Part shown: positions 61,572 through 64,000 of the stretch, piece by piece
How positions within the stretch are numbered: position 1 is the first letter of the stretch
How the letters are laid out: each line of letters opens with the position of its first letter
Program-made: the position numbers and the translations under genes
The notes under the pieces: model-generated
What the model was told of the DNA's origin: nothing
The model's database searches: none
The model's input: only the letters and a program-made list of their open reading frames with translations
Source of the DNA: Candidatus Poribacteria bacterium
GTDB taxonomy: Bacteria > Poribacteria > WGA-4E > WGA-3G
Length of the DNA: 64,000 bases
NCBI GenBank assembly: GCA_003635255.1
Contig: PYJC01000107.1
Span: forward strand, 11,367-75,366
Reading direction: 5' to 3'

Positions 61572-62504
61572 ATGAAAGCCTTAGTAAAATGCGAATTCTA
61601 TTTCATGATATTATTCGCTGCTCTGTTATTTACAGTCGGCACAGTCGAAAGCGATGATCAAACAGAGTTATCTACAGGAGATACCACACAAATGACAAGA
61701 AAACCCACAATTATGATTCTGGGCAGTAGTCATCTGGCAAATCCAGGAATGGATGGAATCAATTATAAAATGGATGATGTCCTCGCTCCAAAACGTCAGC
61801 GCGAAATTGAGCAATTGGTTAAACAACTCAGAGAATTTAAACCTACCAAAATGGCTTTTGAGATAGATTTCTCACGAACCGCTGAGATTAACACAACCTA
61901 TCAAGACTATCTCAAAGGGACGTATGAACTCAAACGCCATGAAAGCGACCAGATCGGGTTCCGGTTAGCCAAGCAGATGGGACATTCAAAGGTATACTGC
62001 GTGGATTATTTCCGAAACTATTCTGAGGAACCCGACGGGTTTTTTCCAAAAGATTTTGATTGGGATTTGGTAAGTCCTGGCAAGTTCGCAAAAGCACACA
62101 ATCAGGAGCACCTCATGGGGCAACCGCCTACGGCTGAAGGGGAGGTTACACAGGATGCAGATGGCACAATCTGGATTGAACCTGAGGAATACGAACCGAT
62201 AACCGACATGTACAGACGACTCAATCAGCCTGAAGGCATACGCGCTGACCATCAAGAGTACTTGCGGATGGCGCGTGTTGGACTCGGCGATCAGTACCCA
62301 GGAGCTAATTGGGTTGGGCATTTGTGGTATACTCGGAATCTCAAAATTTTTGTGAACCTGACGCGCATCACCGAATCTGCCGACGATCGCATTCTGTTGA
62401 TTATCGGTGCCGGACACGTCTTCCTCGTCCAGCAGTTCCTTGAGGATTCAGGAGATTACATCGTCGAAAGTCCACTGAAATACTTGAATGGCGAGGGGCT
62501 ATAG
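61572..62504 (+). CDS. DUF5694-like protein, paralog 4 (with signal peptide)
   Basis: ATG 61572 behind AGGAGAAAG. Hydrophobic N-terminus MKALVKCEFYFMILFAALLFTVGTVES, then MILGSSHLANPG...KRQREIEQLVKQLREFKPTKMAFEID...LIIGAGHV. Confidence 0.65.
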   Translation: MKALVKCEFYFMILFAALLFTVGTVESDDQTELSTGDTTQMTRKPTIMILGSSHLANPGMDGINYKMDDVLAPKRQREIEQLVKQLREFKPTKMAFEIDFSRTAEINTTYQDYLKGTYELKRHESDQIGFRLAKQMGHSKVYCVDYFRNYSEEPDGFFPKDFDWDLVSPGKFAKAHNQEHLMGQPPTAEGEVTQDADGTIWIEPEEYEPITDMYRRLNQPEGIRADHQEYLRMARVGLGDQYPGANWVGHLWYTRNLKIFVNLTRITESADDRILLIIGAGHVFLVQQFLEDSGDYIVESPLKYLNGEGL

Positions 62505-62577
62505 ATTTCTTAACCTGTTATCCAGAGGAGCTGTAATCACAAATCGTTCTTATTGACAAAGGTGATGAGGCATATTA

Positions 62578-64000
62578 ATGCATACGCTTTGGCTTGTTAT
62601 CCAGCGAGAATTCGTCTCAAATGTGTTAACCTCCCGATTTATGATTGGGCTTATCGTCTGTCTGCTCTCAACAGCTGTTGCTGTTTTCGTCCAAGTGGAT
62701 GATTACGAAAAACGTTTAGCAGGGTATAACGCTGCCGTCCGAGAAGCAGAAGCGGAAGCGCAGGAATGGAATCTCTATTACAACATTAAACCGAGAACGC
62801 ACCGGAAACCGAATCCTTTAGGTATCTTTAACGTAGGGGCGGAGAACTTCGGCGCAAATACGGTCACCATTGAACTGGCTAAGCCTGTCTTTGAACTCTC
62901 CTTCCCTATAATGGGCGAACCGGCGCAGAAACGAGGTTCAGACAATTCTTTCCTGTCAATGTTCCTAAGCATTGATGTGGTTTTTATCTTCAAAATTATA
63001 CTTAGTGCCTTAGCGATTCTATTTGCTTTCAATACAATTTCAGGAGAGAGAGAAGATGGTACATTGAAACTCGTGTTATCCAATGCAATACCAAGAGATA
63101 TTATAGTGCTGGGAAAATACCTCGGCGGGATGTTATCGCTGTTTCCTATTGTTTTGATAAGTTTAATCGTGGCACTGGTCATCGCGCTTTCTTCCCGTGT
63201 GACTGCTTTTGATGGGAACGATATTTCACATATTGTGCTGATATTTGCCGTCTCGCTGTTGTACGTGTCAACATGGTATCTTTTAGGATTGCTGTTGTCA
63301 ATTTGGACAAAGTCGCCTGCGACAACTTTAATCCTTTCGATGGTTATTTGGGTGATGCTAACAATCGTTCATTCAAATATGGCGACGATTGTTGTCGAGA
63401 AATTTCCACCCTATCAGTCCAAGCCTGAGGCAGAGTTTGTCCGTTCCGCTGGCGATGTGTGGGATCAGTTCAGAAAAGAACGGGATACCTACATCAAACG
63501 GAGAGGTTACGAAAACCTGCAGGATTCAATTTTTTGGGAACCTGGGGCGGATTCAGAAAGAACTAATCGCTTTGTTACGTTTTTTTCGTATGGGATGCAT
63601 AACTTACATTTGTTAGAAGGTTACATTATCAGGGATGTTGACAAAGCGGATACCTCTATCTTTCAAGAGATTTTAGGTTATCAGGAACCGCTTCGGATTG
63701 CGTATGCGGATAAAGTGGAGGAAGTTCTCAATAAACCTGCGGAGGTACGAGAGAGAAATGCCAAGTTCGCAGATGCTCTTTCTCGTATCTCCTTTGCGGA
63801 TGTATATCACTTTGCTATCGGAGCAATAGCGGGGACAGACCGACAGAGTTATAACAATTTTATTCAGGACTCCAGAGTCTATAAGCGTAAAATTGTTGAA
63901 TATTTGAAAGATAAAGAGGCGTTTACTTCTCGGGCGTGGTTTTCTAATGATCAAGGTGCCCCTGATCTAACATATCTGCCTGTTTTCCAGTACCGGCGAC
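62578..64000 (+). CDS. ABC-2-type transporter permease (large, with extended C-terminal region); 3' end runs off the window
   Basis: Not in the ORF track because there is no stop. My manual translation from ATG 62578 is open to the window end: MHTLWLVIQREFVSNVLTSRFMIGLIVCLL...FNTISGEREDGTLKLVLSNAIPRDIIVLGKYLGG... The GERE-x-GT motif and six hydrophobic helices are typical of ABC-2 permeases. The 134-aa minus-strand ORF at 62778..63182 is its shadow. Confidence 0.7.
   Translation, partial: MHTLWLVIQREFVSNVLTSRFMIGLIVCLLSTAVAVFVQVDDYEKRLAGYNAAVREAEAEAQEWNLYYNIKPRTHRKPNPLGIFNVGAENFGANTVTIELAKPVFELSFPIMGEPAQKRGSDNSFLSMFLSIDVVFIFKIILSALAILFAFNTISGEREDGTLKLVLSNAIPRDIIVLGKYLGGMLSLFPIVLISLIVALVIALSSRVTAFDGNDISHIVLIFAVSLLYVSTWYLLGLLLSIWTKSPATTLILSMVIWVMLTIVHSNMATIVVEKFPPYQSKPEAEFVRSAGDVWDQFRKERDTYIKRRGYENLQDSIFWEPGADSERTNRFVTFFSYGMHNLHLLEGYIIRDVDKADTSIFQEILGYQEPLRIAYADKVEEVLNKPAEVRERNAKFADALSRISFADVYHFAIGAIAGTDRQSYNNFIQDSRVYKRKIVEYLKDKEAFTSRAWFSNDQGAPDLTYLPVFQYRR

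Noticed and set aside
1-64000. tRNA, rRNA, tmRNA, retron/DGR reverse transcriptases and prophage structural genes
   Set aside because: I scanned the intergenic regions by eye. I saw no cloverleaf-like sequences, no rRNA-like stretches, no RT motifs (YxDD) and no capsid/terminase-like ORFs. A tRNAscan/Infernal run would be needed to exclude small RNAs formally.

Overview
This is a 64-kb window from a diderm bacterium (it encodes LptD-like and SurA-like envelope proteins). I cannot assign taxonomy from the sequence alone. I count about 55 protein-coding genes and found no rRNA, tRNA or CRISPR array by eye.

Layout:
(1) 1-19.5 kb is mostly metabolic. It holds a partial sulfatase that is missing from the ORF track because it runs off the window, and a Tat-exported molybdoenzyme. 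A sugar-acid-type cluster follows (MFS transporter, enolase-superfamily enzyme, PfkB kinase, 2-hydroxyacid dehydrogenase). Next come a D12-class adenine methyltransferase next to DUF2283 and Uma2 genes, two tandem MacB-type permease paralogs, a trypsin-like protease-TPR fusion, a ThDP enzyme and a predicted PPi-dependent phosphofructokinase.
(2) 19.5-28.2 kb is a complete type I R-M operon on the minus strand carrying four passenger genes: hsdM, a small acidic ORF, hsdS, an ABC-type ATPase, a 180-aa ORF, a PIN gene, then hsdR.
(3) 28.3-32.3 kb holds a solute-binding protein, a 2H phosphoesterase and two SDRs, then an orphan HTH antitoxin and a decayed 3' fragment of a second hsdM.
(4) 32.3-46 kb is an envelope/repair gene string: mfd, three SurA/PpiC-type genes, and an LptD-like protein with an embedded parvulin domain and long acidic tracts.
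(5) 48-53.5 kb is a second defence-like patch. It contains an AAA-ATPase/PD-(D/E)XK gene, an 82-codon ORF split by a tnpB-only IS200/IS605 element whose ends can be inferred, and a Rad50/SbcC-like zinc-hook ATPase.
(6) 53.6-64 kb holds an aminotransferase, an O-methyltransferase and a LamG protein, followed by a 0.9-kb gene-free region containing a ~430-bp imperfect palindrome. After that come an ECF sigma/anti-sigma pair, four tandem DUF5694-like (TraB/GumN/TIKI superfamily) paralogs and a partial ABC-2 permease.

My best candidates for an undescribed system are:
(a) the ATPase + 180-aa + PIN cassette translationally coupled into the hsd operon;
(b) the ECF-sigma-linked DUF5694 paralog array;
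(c) the zinc-hook ATPase / small ORF / AAA-PD-(D/E)XK patch.

A family of short 'hairpin + CCTAC' intergenic elements recurs through the window, twice as tandem duplications. All calls rest on manual reading of motifs. No database search was possible.
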